Notes: generated by a model from the sequence alone, not told the origin. DNA of 64,000 nucleotides from Bacteroidota bacterium (GCA_025359805.1 JANYDU010000029.1:14341-78340); one strand, 5' to 3'. Positions 37,249-48,173 are shown, counted from the stretch's first letter. Numbers and translations are program-made.

Positions 37249-38009
37249 TATTTTTTTATCAAGTTTATTTCTTCAGGTGAAGGATAGCTAATTAGCACCG
37301 CTCTGTGTTTTCCATGAAACACAAAAAAACTTCCAGCAGCTGTTGCTGAAACATTTGTATTGTTGTAAAGATTTTTAATATCATTCAAATCCTTACAACC
37401 ACCCGCTGCAATTAAAGGAATTTTTATACTGCTACTAATTTTTTTTATCAACTCCATATCATAACCAAGCATTGTTCCATCTCTATCAATATTATTAATC
37501 ATAATTTCCCCAACCCCATTTTCTTCTAATTTTTTTATATAATCAATAGGGTCGCTAAAGATGATTTTTTTATCAGCGTGACTGTGTAAAATATATTTAC
37601 CCCAAATGTTTTTTTTTACATCAACAGAAGCAACAAGAGTTGACGTAGCAAATTCTCTAACTGCTTCCTTTAAAAAATCAGATGAATGAATAAAAGCAGA
37701 ATTGATGATTACTTTTTCGACTCCTAACTTTAATACTTTTTCAATTTGATTCAGAGAATTAATTCCTCCACCATAAGACAATGGCATAAAACATTCTGTT
37801 GCAATTTCTTGAATGAGATTGTAGTTAATTTCTTTATTTTGTTTTGATGAATTAATATCTAACAAAATAATCTCATCACATTGTTTTTCATTAAATATTT
37901 TTAACGCATTTAGAGGATCTCCAACATACTTCGGATCCTTAAACCTAACAGTCTTATATAATCCTGAGTTTTGCAAAAGTAATATAGGAATAACACGAGC
38001 TCTATTCAT
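37248..38009 (-). CDS. HisF-like cyclase subunit (AglZ/HisF2/WbuZ type), copy 1
   Basis: RVIPILLLQNSGLYKTVRFKDPKYVGDPLNALKIFNEKQCDEIILLDI; TIM-barrel HisF pattern. Confidence 0.85.
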   Translation of the reverse strand: MNRARVIPILLLQNSGLYKTVRFKDPKYVGDPLNALKIFNEKQCDEIILLDINSSKQNKEINYNLIQEIATECFMPLSYGGGINSLNQIEKVLKLGVEKVIINSAFIHSSDFLKEAVREFATSTLVASVDVKKNIWGKYILHSHADKKIIFSDPIDYIKKLEENGVGEIMINNIDRDGTMLGYDMELIKKISSSIKIPLIAAGGCKDLNDIKNLYNNTNVSATAAGSFFVFHGKHRAVLISYPSPEEINLIKK

Positions 38010-38620
38010 TAAATGCTTATAAAATTTTTTAGTAAAGTCATTCCAAATTGATGGCTTTTTTCAGGATGAAATTGCACGCCATAAATATTATTTTTATTAA
38101 AGGATGCAGAAAAATCATCTCCATATTTGCAACTTGATGTGGATAGATTTTTGTCACTAAAACTTAAATGATATTTGTGAACAAAATAAAACCTTGGAGG
38201 GTTTTCGGGCATATTGCTAAATAATGAATGAGTTTCATAATTTGATAAATTATTCCAACCCATATGCGGCACTTTTAAGGAAGCATCTTCGATTTTAAAA
38301 TGAACTACTTTCCCATTTACCCAACTTAGTCCTTTTTCTGTACCTTCTTCACTTTCGTTTAACATTAATTGTGCGCCTAAACAAATTCCCAATATTGGTA
38401 TTTTACGAATACAAACAACCTCATTAAGAGCCTCAGTTAACCCAGATGATTTTAAGTTTCTCATTCCAACATCAAAAGTTCCAACTCCAGGAAGAATTAA
38501 TTTTGTTGCAGAAATTATTTTCTCTCTATCAGAAGTAATAATTGCTTCCTCACCAATTCTTCTCAACATATTTTGAAGAGAACCTAAATTACCGAGTCCA
38601 TAATCAATAATTGTAATCAT
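38009..38620 (-). CDS. HisH-like glutamine amidotransferase subunit (WbuY type), copy 1
   Basis: IIDYGLGNLGSLQNML, LPGVGTF, GICLGAQLM (catalytic Cys) and GVQFHPEKS. Confidence 0.85.
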   Translation of the reverse strand: MITIIDYGLGNLGSLQNMLRRIGEEAIITSDREKIISATKLILPGVGTFDVGMRNLKSSGLTEALNEVVCIRKIPILGICLGAQLMLNESEEGTEKGLSWVNGKVVHFKIEDASLKVPHMGWNNLSNYETHSLFSNMPENPPRFYFVHKYHLSFSDKNLSTSSCKYGDDFSASFNKNNIYGVQFHPEKSHQFGMTLLKNFISI

Positions 38621-39672
38621 ACAGAAATTAAATTATGGTATATAGAAATTAATTTAGCTTGAATTGTTTCTTCAGAAATTTCAGAGGCAAATATTCGTCC
38701 ATTACTTCTTTTTTGTGAATTCAATATTTTTAACACCAATTGAGCCATTTCATTTTCATTCCAGTTTTTAGATGTGGATGAATTTTCAACATTCACAAGC
38801 CTTTCAACTGCATCCCCTGAAGGTGCAGAAACGACAGGTAAATTACAACATATTGCTTCTTTAATAGAATTATTTGACCCCTCATGAAGTGAAGTATTAA
38901 TAAGAACATCGGCACCATTATAGTAGTAAATTAAGTCTTCATGAGAAACCTTACTTAATATTTTTAATTCGCATTCTGGAATCTCTTTTTTAGTAATATT
39001 ATATATTTTTTCTGCAAGAGGTTTATTTTTCATATACTGCCCCTCTGAGTAAAAAAAAAGTATAACAGGATTTTTTGTATCCCAACCTATTTTTTTTCTT
39101 GAAATCGTCTTATCTATTTCATAAAATTTATTTAAGTTCACTCCATTTGGTAATACTACTGTTTTGTTTTTACTTATTTTCCAAAGTCTATTTTTCATAT
39201 CCTGACTCTTAGTAATAATTCCACTTGATATTATCGCGGCAATTTGCGTCACAAAACCTGAAATTCTCCCATTCCAAGTTTTCTTCAAATTTTTATCATA
39301 ACTTCCTAATAAATCAGAACCACATAATGACATTAATACTGGAACTGGACTAGCAAGGTTAACAGTTAGTCCCAAAATATTTCCCCAAAGCACATGGACA
39401 AGATTAATTTTTTCTCTTTCAACGATTTGTCTTAAATAAAAACTAAGCCTAAGAATTTTAATAGGATTTTTGAAATTTCGGGTGTATCCATAATGTATAT
39501 TAATTCCTGCATTGATAAGACTTTGCATTTGTGAATCGGCATTTATTATTTCTTTTTTACTATAGTAATAATAAAGTCCATCTTCAAGACATAATCTATA
39601 TAGATATCTTTCATCATCTTCAGGCTTATCTTTTAACAAGGGGGTTCCTACATGTACCATTAAAATTTTCAT
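38617..39672 (-). CDS. GT4-family glycosyltransferase
   Basis: ...NTSLHEGSNNSIKEAICCNLPVVSAPSGD... (EX7E-type motif); 351 aa. Confidence 0.7.
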   Translation of the reverse strand: MKILMVHVGTPLLKDKPEDDERYLYRLCLEDGLYYYYSKKEIINADSQMQSLINAGINIHYGYTRNFKNPIKILRLSFYLRQIVEREKINLVHVLWGNILGLTVNLASPVPVLMSLCGSDLLGSYDKNLKKTWNGRISGFVTQIAAIISSGIITKSQDMKNRLWKISKNKTVVLPNGVNLNKFYEIDKTISRKKIGWDTKNPVILFFYSEGQYMKNKPLAEKIYNITKKEIPECELKILSKVSHEDLIYYYNGADVLINTSLHEGSNNSIKEAICCNLPVVSAPSGDAVERLVNVENSSTSKNWNENEMAQLVLKILNSQKRSNGRIFASEISEETIQAKLISIYHNLISV

Positions 39673-39709
39673 ATACTATGCTTTATTGTTTTTAAATGAC
39701 ATAAAAATA

Positions 39710-41581
39710 TTAAACCATATATTGTTTATACCATAAAGCTAAATTAAAACATCTCCATAATTCCATCCCATGATTAGCCTTTTTAGAATCATGTTCTTTA
39801 ATTTTGTGATTAAGCATTTGATAATTAAAAAGACCAGAATTTACAATGGATTGGTCATTAAGTACTTCCTTCATCATTTTATTTAACCCTGTTCTAAGCC
39901 AAATATCACAAGGAACTCCAAATCCTCTTTTGGGAGCATCTAATATTGTATCAGGAACAATACCTCTTAATGCTTTTTTAAGCAAATATTTTTTTTCTCC
40001 GTTTTTCAATTTCATTTTACCTGATAAACTCATCACATAATCGGCCAATTCATAATCAAGAAATGGGACTCTAACTTCAATGCTATTTGCCATTGTTGAT
40101 TTGTCGACTTTCTCTAAATAATCATTTGGTAATATTGTTTTCAAATCAACCCAATGTAAATATTGAAGTTTATCTTTTACATTTTTATAATCTGAGATTG
40201 ACTTTAATGCTTCAAATGGATCATGTTTTTTGCACTCTTCTTGAATTGATTTGGAAAGACAACTTATGGGCTTATTGTAATGAGTGGCTCCTGTTATTAT
40301 CAAGCCTACCTGTTCTGCCAAATCTCTTTCACTCATCGAATTTGATATCCTTTTGAATTTTTGAAAGGTTTCATTGCCCAAATTCAACTGTCCTAAAGTG
40401 TATTTGAAGAATAGGGCAGGCAGAAAATAATTTGATGAATTATTCATGAGATTATAATATCTGTATCCTCCAAAAAGTTCGTCCCCACCGTCTCCTTGTA
40501 AAACAACTTTTATATCTTTTTTTAATGTTTTAGTAAGTAGATATAAAGGAATATTTGCAGCATCAGCAAATGGTTCATCATGATGGTAAGCTAAAAGGCT
40601 TACCACATCTTCTAGATTTTTAGATGAGACCATTACTTCATGATGGAGGGTATTATTTTTTTCAGCAATAATTTTAGCCATTGCCAACTCACTATTTCCA
40701 TGTCTGTTAAAATCAAATTCAACTGAATAAGAATGCAATTGTTTGCTGTAATGTTTTGCAGCGAAACTTGTTATTGCTGAAGAATCAATTCCCCCACTTA
40801 AAAAAACCGAAACAGGTACGTCACTCACGAGTTGGCGTTCTACAGCTTTTTCAAGTAAAATCCTTATGTTATTTACTGCCTCATCTTCACTTACAATTAA
40901 TGTTTTATTAAAATCAATATTCCAATATTGATGTTTTGATAGTTGATTGTTTTTGATGTGAATATATTCACCTGGGGCCACTTTTTCAACGCTGCTGTAT
41001 ATGGTATTTGTTCCCATCGGACTTACAAACCACATATACTCATACAAGCTCTGATAATTCATAGATTTATCCACTTCACCAGATGCCAAAATGGCTTTTA
41101 TTTCAGATGAGAAAATGATAGAAGATTCTGTTTGTTGGTAGTATAAAGGTTTTACACCAAATCGATCTCTAACTATAATCATTTCATCTAGGATAGAATC
41201 ATAAATACTAAACGCAAAAATTCCATTTAATTTTTCAAATGCTTTTATTCCCCATTTTTTATAGGCAACTAAAATGACTTCCGTATCAGAGCGAGTTTTG
41301 AAATGAAATCCTTCGGCAATTAATTGTTTCTTTAAATCAATGAAATTATAAATTTCACCATTGAAAATGATACTCAAGTTTTCATAAACCATAGGCTGAT
41401 TAGCATCTGCACTTAGGTCAATAATACTTAATCTATTATGAGCCAATCCCACCTTTTCATTTGTAAACACCCCTTGATAATCTGGTCCACGATGCGCAAT
41501 TTTATCACTCATCTTTTTCAAGACTTCTTGATTCAATGACGAGTCAGATTTAAATAAATAGTATCCTGTTATTCCGCACAT
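39710..41581 (-). CDS. Asparagine synthase (glutamine-hydrolysing)-like amidotransferase, copy 1 (WbpS-like)
   Basis: MCGITGY (Ntn Cys2), HRGPD and the SGGIDSS PP-loop; 623 aa. Confidence 0.85.
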   Translation of the reverse strand: MCGITGYYLFKSDSSLNQEVLKKMSDKIAHRGPDYQGVFTNEKVGLAHNRLSIIDLSADANQPMVYENLSIIFNGEIYNFIDLKKQLIAEGFHFKTRSDTEVILVAYKKWGIKAFEKLNGIFAFSIYDSILDEMIIVRDRFGVKPLYYQQTESSIIFSSEIKAILASGEVDKSMNYQSLYEYMWFVSPMGTNTIYSSVEKVAPGEYIHIKNNQLSKHQYWNIDFNKTLIVSEDEAVNNIRILLEKAVERQLVSDVPVSVFLSGGIDSSAITSFAAKHYSKQLHSYSVEFDFNRHGNSELAMAKIIAEKNNTLHHEVMVSSKNLEDVVSLLAYHHDEPFADAANIPLYLLTKTLKKDIKVVLQGDGGDELFGGYRYYNLMNNSSNYFLPALFFKYTLGQLNLGNETFQKFKRISNSMSERDLAEQVGLIITGATHYNKPISCLSKSIQEECKKHDPFEALKSISDYKNVKDKLQYLHWVDLKTILPNDYLEKVDKSTMANSIEVRVPFLDYELADYVMSLSGKMKLKNGEKKYLLKKALRGIVPDTILDAPKRGFGVPCDIWLRTGLNKMMKEVLNDQSIVNSGLFNYQMLNHKIKEHDSKKANHGMELWRCFNLALWYKQYMV

Positions 41582-42657
41582 ATTTTTTTGTAAACGTTTA
41601 AAGTAGTATCAACAAATTTATCTAAACCAAAATGTAATTCAGCGTACATTCTAGCATCTTTACCCAGTTTTATTATAGTTTCAGGATTTTGAACAAGAAA
41701 TAAATATTTATCTATAATGGATTCTACATCACCACAATTAATCAAATATCCATTTTTTGCATCTTCAATTAAATATTCAGTATCTCCTGAATTTGTAGTA
41801 ATGATTGCTTTTCCACAACACATAGCTTCCATAATTACATTTGGGAATCCTTCAAAATCAGAAGTATGCAGAAAAATAGATTTATCGGATAAAAACTTAC
41901 TGATATTATCTGTGTCACCACAAAAAATAAATTGATCAGATAATTGATATGCATTCACTTTATCAATTAATGAATTTAAAAGATCTCCTTTCCCTGCATG
42001 ATAGTGAATAATGTCTATCCCTTTTTTCTTTATTTCATAAATAACCTGAATTAATAAATCAATTCGTTTTTCATTTGCCAACCTACCAATAGATGCAGAT
42101 TTGATTAAGGTATTTTGACTAATATAATGCGGAAAGAAATTTTCTAAAGCAATCCCATTTGTTACAATAATTGTGTTTTTTTTTATCCACTTCGACAATA
42201 ACGGGACATTAAATTGCTCGAGAAATTTGTAATTATTAGCTATTTTTTTTTTGGGAAAACATATGGATAAAAAAGTAATTAGGTTTCCTGAATTTATTTT
42301 GTGCAAAAAGAGTCTATTCCTAATACCCCCTACCCCTTTTGTTTTAGAGAATAAAGTGATTAGTCCAGCAAAAAAATTAACATAAAAGGTAAAGGAATGA
42401 AGAATGATTGGTTGAAATTTTTTTATCCCCTTTCTAGAAATACGAATTTTGTCATATAAAGACTGATTTGTCATAAATGAAATTACATCTATGTTTAGTT
42501 GAGTTAACTTATCAAGGTAAGCGGTGTTACTAACTTCATTGTTCCATATGATAACTAGAATCTCATGCCCTTTTTTTTTTAGTTCAGTAACTAAATATAC
42601 AAGTTGTCTTTCCTGACCACCATTACCTAAATCTCCTATAATATATGCAAGTTTCAT
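41569..42657 (-). CDS. GT4-family glycosyltransferase
   Basis: ...HTSDFEGFPNVIMEAMCCGKAIITTNSGD... Confidence 0.75.
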   Translation of the reverse strand: MKLAYIIGDLGNGGQERQLVYLVTELKKKGHEILVIIWNNEVSNTAYLDKLTQLNIDVISFMTNQSLYDKIRISRKGIKKFQPIILHSFTFYVNFFAGLITLFSKTKGVGGIRNRLFLHKINSGNLITFLSICFPKKKIANNYKFLEQFNVPLLSKWIKKNTIIVTNGIALENFFPHYISQNTLIKSASIGRLANEKRIDLLIQVIYEIKKKGIDIIHYHAGKGDLLNSLIDKVNAYQLSDQFIFCGDTDNISKFLSDKSIFLHTSDFEGFPNVIMEAMCCGKAIITTNSGDTEYLIEDAKNGYLINCGDVESIIDKYLFLVQNPETIIKLGKDARMYAELHFGLDKFVDTTLNVYKKICAE

Positions 42658-43622
42658 TTAGTATGGTTTGTATACCAATTGTAAAATTTACTAAGTCCTT
42701 CTTCAAGTGATGTATTTGGATTGTAGTTTAATAACTCTTTAGCCTTGGTAATATCTGCATAAGTAATCTCAACATCTCCTTGCTGTTTTGCTGAGTATAT
42801 AATGTTTTTCTTTTTACCTAAAACCGAATACAAAGTTTCAACAAGATGGGAAAGTTTTATTGGAGTATGATTTCCCAAATTAATAATTTCATATACATTC
42901 TCGTGATTTTCTAAATAGTTTATTGATGAAATAAACCCAGAAATAGTATCTTCAATAAAAGTGTAATCTCGAGAAGTTTCACCGTCACCATAAATAGTTA
43001 CCGATTTGTCATTCATAATAAGTGATGTAAATTTTCTGATTGCCAAATCTGGTCTTTGCCTCGGTCCATATACAGTAAACAATCGTAAGTTTAATATATT
43101 AATATCATATAGATGATGATAAGAATAGTTCATCAGTTCGCATGCTTTTTTAGTAAATGCATATGGAGAAATTGGATAATCTACAATATCATTTTCACTA
43201 AAGGGGATTTTGATATTATTTCCATATACCGAAGATGAGGAAGCAAATACAAGATTTTTTTTATGTTTTTGTATACGTATCATCTCAAGTACGTTGTTAG
43301 TACCAGTAATATTAAAATCAATATATGAAGCTGGATCTTTTAGTGAAGGCAATACACCAGCTTTAGCCGCCAAATGAATAAAGGTATCTATCTGGTGGTT
43401 AGAAGAAATTCTTAACATTGATTCCAAATCACGGATATCACTTTCATAAAAAGTAAAATTAGGATTTTGGATAAGCTCTTCAAGATTTTTTAATTTAATT
43501 TCTTTTTCATAAAATGAATCAAAATTATCAATTCCAATTACACTAGCCCCCATTAACAATAATTTCTCGGATAAGTGAGAACCAATAAATCCAGCGACAC
43601 CAGTTACTAAGTATTTTTTCAT
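42654..43622 (-). CDS. NAD-dependent epimerase (UDP-glucuronate/UDP-GlcNAcA 4-epimerase-like extended SDR)
   Basis: VTGVAGFIGSHL, ASSSSVYG and PYAFTKKACE (YxxxK). Confidence 0.8.
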   Translation of the reverse strand: MKKYLVTGVAGFIGSHLSEKLLLMGASVIGIDNFDSFYEKEIKLKNLEELIQNPNFTFYESDIRDLESMLRISSNHQIDTFIHLAAKAGVLPSLKDPASYIDFNITGTNNVLEMIRIQKHKKNLVFASSSSVYGNNIKIPFSENDIVDYPISPYAFTKKACELMNYSYHHLYDINILNLRLFTVYGPRQRPDLAIRKFTSLIMNDKSVTIYGDGETSRDYTFIEDTISGFISSINYLENHENVYEIINLGNHTPIKLSHLVETLYSVLGKKKNIIYSAKQQGDVEITYADITKAKELLNYNPNTSLEEGLSKFYNWYTNHTK

Positions 43623-43660
43623 AGTCTAATTTTATTTTTTTTAACAATAATTATATTTAA

Positions 43661-45556
43661 TCATAACCACTTTTCTTTCCACATTTGAAAAACAAGTATT
43701 AGCCATATTCTATTAAAGGAATCATTATGACCATTTAAATATCTCTCTTTTATTTCCTTAACATATTCGGGAGAAAGTATTCCATCTGCTCTAATTTTTG
43801 CATCATCAGTATAGTGAATCAATATTTCTTTCAAATCATTTCTTAACCAATCAATAATAGGAACACCAAATCCCTGTTTGGGTCTGTTTAACATTTTTTC
43901 AGGTATATATTTATGAACTACCTGTTTAAGCAAATACTTTTGAATATTATTTTTATATTTTAAATCCCCTTTTAATTGTGCTGTAAATTCTATAATTCGA
44001 TGATCAAGCAGTGGTTCCCTGCCTTCGATACTATTTGCCATTCCAGCCCGATCAACTTTAGCTAAAATATCATCGACCATATATGTTTTATAATCAATCG
44101 CTAATAATGTATTTATCCAATCACTGTTATGATTAGGTAGTTGATTGTAATATTCTTCAATAATATCATTATGCTTATTTTTTTTTGTTAAAAGATATTG
44201 AATTTCGTAATCATAAAAATAACCCGGATCCAATTTTTGAAGATGAGAAAGTTTTTTATTTAAGGTTTGATTAATCCATTGAAATTTATGTTCAGTATTA
44301 CTAAATATATTTTTTATCGGGGATTTAAATAAAATGTAATTTAACGGATGTCCAAACATTTTTAAACCTCTTGGAATATTATTAAATAGCTCGTAAATTG
44401 ACGTGTTTGAAAAATATTTATTATATCCTGCAAATGTTTCGTCTCCAGCATCCGCAGATAGTGCTACTTTTATATATTTACTTGCAAACTTACTTACCAA
44501 ATATGTAGGGATAGACGAAGTATCTCCAAATGGCTCATCATAAATTTCGGGTAATAAAGGAATTATTTCTTTACCGTCTTGAGCTGAACAATAAAGTTCA
44601 TGATGATCAGTTCCAAGATATAATGCAGTTTCTTTTGCAAAAACGGCTTCATTATATTTACTATCCTCAAAACCTATAGTAAACGTTTTAAGTCTTTGTG
44701 AATTATTTTTTTGCAAAATTGCAGCAACAGCTGTACTATCATAACCTCCACTCAAAAATACACCTACAGGCACATCTGAAATCATTCGATATTGGAAAGA
44801 ACTAATTAGTAAATTTTCAATATGATCAACAGCATCTGCTTCATCGATTTTGATTTTGGGCTTTGAATAATAGTCAAATACATCCCAATATTTAACTGTT
44901 TCAATTAGTTTTGAGTTGATATCAAGAACTAAATAATGTCCAGGTAATAATTTGTGAGTATTGCTAAATATAGTTTGTGGTGCTGGTATATATCCAAATT
45001 TAAAAAATTGAGACAGTCCATCCTCATCAATTTTCTTTTCAAAAGCAGGATGAGCCATTAATGCCTTCAACTCTGACCCAAAAAGAAATAAATCATTATT
45101 AAAGTAATAATAGAATGGTTTCACTCCAGCGCGATCTCTTGCAAAAACTAATTGTTTTTTTATGTGGTCATAAATACAAAAGGCAAACATTCCAATAAAT
45201 TTATTGACACATGAAATGCCCCATTCTAAATAAGATATTAAAACAACTTCTGTATCAGAATTAGTTTTAAACTGATGCCCCAACAACAAAAGTTCTTTCT
45301 TTAATTCTAGGTAGTTATATATTTCACCATTAAAAACAATACAAAATTCATTAACAAATAATGGTTGATTTGCATTGAGTGTTAGGTCTATTATTGACAA
45401 TCGCCTATGTCCTAAACCCATATCTGAATGTAATATATTTTGATAATAATATCCACCACCATCAGGACCTCTATGGTTTAAGGTATCAGTCATTTTTATC
45501 AAAATATCTTTGTTGCTTTTGTTTCCAAAATCACAGAATCCAGCTATCCCACACAT
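43661..45556 (-). CDS. Asparagine synthase (glutamine-hydrolysing)-like amidotransferase, copy 2
   Basis: MCGIAGF, HRGPD and SGGYDST; 631 aa. Confidence 0.85.
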   Translation of the reverse strand: MCGIAGFCDFGNKSNKDILIKMTDTLNHRGPDGGGYYYQNILHSDMGLGHRRLSIIDLTLNANQPLFVNEFCIVFNGEIYNYLELKKELLLLGHQFKTNSDTEVVLISYLEWGISCVNKFIGMFAFCIYDHIKKQLVFARDRAGVKPFYYYFNNDLFLFGSELKALMAHPAFEKKIDEDGLSQFFKFGYIPAPQTIFSNTHKLLPGHYLVLDINSKLIETVKYWDVFDYYSKPKIKIDEADAVDHIENLLISSFQYRMISDVPVGVFLSGGYDSTAVAAILQKNNSQRLKTFTIGFEDSKYNEAVFAKETALYLGTDHHELYCSAQDGKEIIPLLPEIYDEPFGDTSSIPTYLVSKFASKYIKVALSADAGDETFAGYNKYFSNTSIYELFNNIPRGLKMFGHPLNYILFKSPIKNIFSNTEHKFQWINQTLNKKLSHLQKLDPGYFYDYEIQYLLTKKNKHNDIIEEYYNQLPNHNSDWINTLLAIDYKTYMVDDILAKVDRAGMANSIEGREPLLDHRIIEFTAQLKGDLKYKNNIQKYLLKQVVHKYIPEKMLNRPKQGFGVPIIDWLRNDLKEILIHYTDDAKIRADGILSPEYVKEIKERYLNGHNDSFNRIWLILVFQMWKEKWL

Positions 45557-45634
45557 ATATCGGTTTCGTTTTTAATGATTAATATTACTTTAGAGAATAT
45601 TAATCTAATTTTTTTTACTTGTAAAAAGATTGGA

Positions 45635-46891
45635 TTAATTGACATACTTTTTTGTTTTGATATTTATCGAAATCGTATAGATATAAAAAGAAAATGCGCT
45701 CACAATTGTATAATAATATCTTTCATATAGCATTTCATGTTTTATTCCAGCAATCAATAAACTTAAAATAGATACAATAAAAATTAAACAGAGACTCTTT
45801 TCTTCTGAAGATAGACTACGATATATCATAAAATATTTATAAAATGGATATGACGTATATAGTATGAAAAAAGCTAACCCTATATATCCCATGGAAAACA
45901 GAATTTCGTATATTGTGTTGTGCATACTTTTCCTTGTTTCAAAAAATGATTCAGAATAAGCCTGAAAAGTAGCAATTCCTTGTCCAAATAATGGATATCT
46001 TAAAATTGATTTTTCAGCAGCATTGAGAATCTCAATTCGGATTAAATTTGAACTATCCTCATCTATATTTTCAAATCTTTCCAAAATAATTTCTATGAAA
46101 TAAGAAATATCAAACACATAGAAGGCTCCGAATAATAAGATAGAAATGGTTAATAATTTTTGAAAAAAATTAATCTTAGCAATGACTAAATAATATGCAA
46201 AAAACAAGGTCATTAGAAGGAAACCAGTTCGAGATTTTGTTATAATTTCAGCACCAACTATTAAAAATAGAATACCAATGTATTTTTTGTCTACTTTCTC
46301 ATTCGAAAAATAGACAAAGTATGTTATTAAATATAATCCAATTGAAGATAAAGCTGCAAATCCATTGTTCCCAAGTAGCTGGCTATTAACTCGATTATCA
46401 ATAGAATCTGCTAAATCTGGATTATAGTTAGGAAGATTCTTCCCCCCAGTTATTCCAATAATTATATAATCTATACTTATTGTAACAATTGCTGATATAA
46501 TCATCACTAACAATAGTCTAATATCATCTTTTGATTTGAGTGCATTAAAAAGAAGGATTATAGAAATTAGCATAGTAAAAAAACTTAACGCAAAACTTTT
46601 TTCAGCTAAAATAGAAGGCGCATATAAAAAACTAATTAAACATAATATAAAGAATAATAGAATTGGTATTTGAAAAGGTTTGAAAGCAAATTGCTCGAGA
46701 ATAAAATATGATACAAGAGAAATACCTAAAATAACTACAGAAGGTGAGATTGGCAGAAAACTAGTATCAATTAAATTAATTGTACAGCTGGAAAACAGCA
46801 TGGTGTAATTGAGAATACTGTATTTAAAAGATCTTAAACTGATAACCATATGTGATGCAATAAAAATCCACATAATCGGAATCCCAATCAA
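45635..46891 (-). CDS. O-antigen polymerase/ligase-family (Wzy-like) polytopic membrane protein
   Basis: About 10-12 TM helices with a central loop (...ITKSRTGFLLMTLFF...). The family call rests on topology and context. Confidence 0.6.
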   Translation of the reverse strand: MIGIPIMWIFIASHMVISLRSFKYSILNYTMLFSSCTINLIDTSFLPISPSVVILGISLVSYFILEQFAFKPFQIPILLFFILCLISFLYAPSILAEKSFALSFFTMLISIILLFNALKSKDDIRLLLVMIISAIVTISIDYIIIGITGGKNLPNYNPDLADSIDNRVNSQLLGNNGFAALSSIGLYLITYFVYFSNEKVDKKYIGILFLIVGAEIITKSRTGFLLMTLFFAYYLVIAKINFFQKLLTISILLFGAFYVFDISYFIEIILERFENIDEDSSNLIRIEILNAAEKSILRYPLFGQGIATFQAYSESFFETRKSMHNTIYEILFSMGYIGLAFFILYTSYPFYKYFMIYRSLSSEEKSLCLIFIVSILSLLIAGIKHEMLYERYYYTIVSAFSFYIYTISINIKTKKYVN

Positions 46892-47057
46892 CCCATTTTG
46901 AAATGTATTATTATTTATTACTAATATTAATCCTAATACAAAATTTGTAATGTAGATATTTCTATATAATTTTTCCAGTTGTGTAAAGTTTTAAAAAGCT
47001 ATTTTAATTATAATTATTAGATGATTAGTTTCTATTTCAAAAGTCTTATTGATAAAT

Positions 47058-48173
47058 TTAATTCAAAAAAACATTCTGAAATTCAGAGATATTTTTTTCT
47101 ATTGAGTATGAGCCTTGCTTAATAACTCTATAGGCATTTTCTGAAAGTTCAAGCCTTCTTGATGAATCTCTAAGCAATAAAATAAGCTGCATAGATAATG
47201 TTTCTAAATCTTCAGCATTAAACAATAATCCATTTTTGTTATGCTCAATTATTTCAGGTACCCCCCCCACATTAGACGCTATACATGCGCAGTGATTAAT
47301 CATCGCTTCCAATATGGCGTTCGGAAAGCTTTCTAATCTCGAAGGCAAAACAAAAATGTCCATTACACTAGTATAATAGCCCCCATTAGTAATATTGCCA
47401 GTAAAAGTAATCTTTTCTGATAGCGAAAAATCTGTAACCAATTTTTCTAAAAATGGTCTTTGTTCACCTTCACCTACAATAATTAATCTAGCATTAGGAA
47501 ATTCAAATACTATTTTACTGAAAGCAGTAATAATAATATCCATCCCTTTTTCAAAACCAAGCCTTCCTAAACTACCAATTATGATATTATCTTTATCCCA
47601 AACTCCATATTTTCCAGTTAATTCTTCTAAAAGGTCGACTTTAGATTTTAGGGAAGGGAGATATTCTTCAATGGGATTATAAATAACTAACGTTCTTTTC
47701 TTTTTAAAAAAGGGAACATGATTTAATGCCATCACTTTAGAATTTGCAATAATTTTATTAGCAAAAGCGTAAACAAAGTATAATACAATTTTCCATTTTA
47801 AACTATGATGTGGATATAATCCCCTTCTGCTAACAATATGTTTTAACTTAAAATTAAAAAACAGAAAACGTAATACGGTTATCGGAGTTCCTGTTTCAAT
47901 GCAAGTAGTGTAAGCAATGGTTATCTTATTTTCTTTTATGTATTTATTTAAGAATAAAACGGAGTTCTTAAAATCTCTTGGAACATACATAATATGTACG
48001 TCTGCAGGAATTTTATTATCGCCAAAATTACAAGTAATATCCCCCTCTAATAACCATAAATGTATATCGAATCTTCTTCTATCTAAACCTGTAATAAGCT
48101 GGTAAACATGTTTCTCTGTTCCACCTGCATGAAGAGTACCCACAGCAATTAAAATATTCACCTTGTTATCCAT
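47058..48173 (-). CDS. GT4-family glycosyltransferase
   Basis: ...LPSRLESFPNAILEAMINHCACIASNVGGVPEII... Confidence 0.8.
   Translation of the reverse strand: MDNKVNILIAVGTLHAGGTEKHVYQLITGLDRRRFDIHLWLLEGDITCNFGDNKIPADVHIMYVPRDFKNSVLFLNKYIKENKITIAYTTCIETGTPITVLRFLFFNFKLKHIVSRRGLYPHHSLKWKIVLYFVYAFANKIIANSKVMALNHVPFFKKKRTLVIYNPIEEYLPSLKSKVDLLEELTGKYGVWDKDNIIIGSLGRLGFEKGMDIIITAFSKIVFEFPNARLIIVGEGEQRPFLEKLVTDFSLSEKITFTGNITNGGYYTSVMDIFVLPSRLESFPNAILEAMINHCACIASNVGGVPEIIEHNKNGLLFNAEDLETLSMQLILLLRDSSRRLELSENAYRVIKQGSYSIEKNISEFQNVFLN

Noticed and set aside
46892-47057. A possible internal promoter or invertible element in the 166-bp gap upstream of the Wzy-like gene
   Set aside because: I found no TAnnTTTG box on the coding strand and no flanking inverted repeats. 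The region is simply AT-rich.
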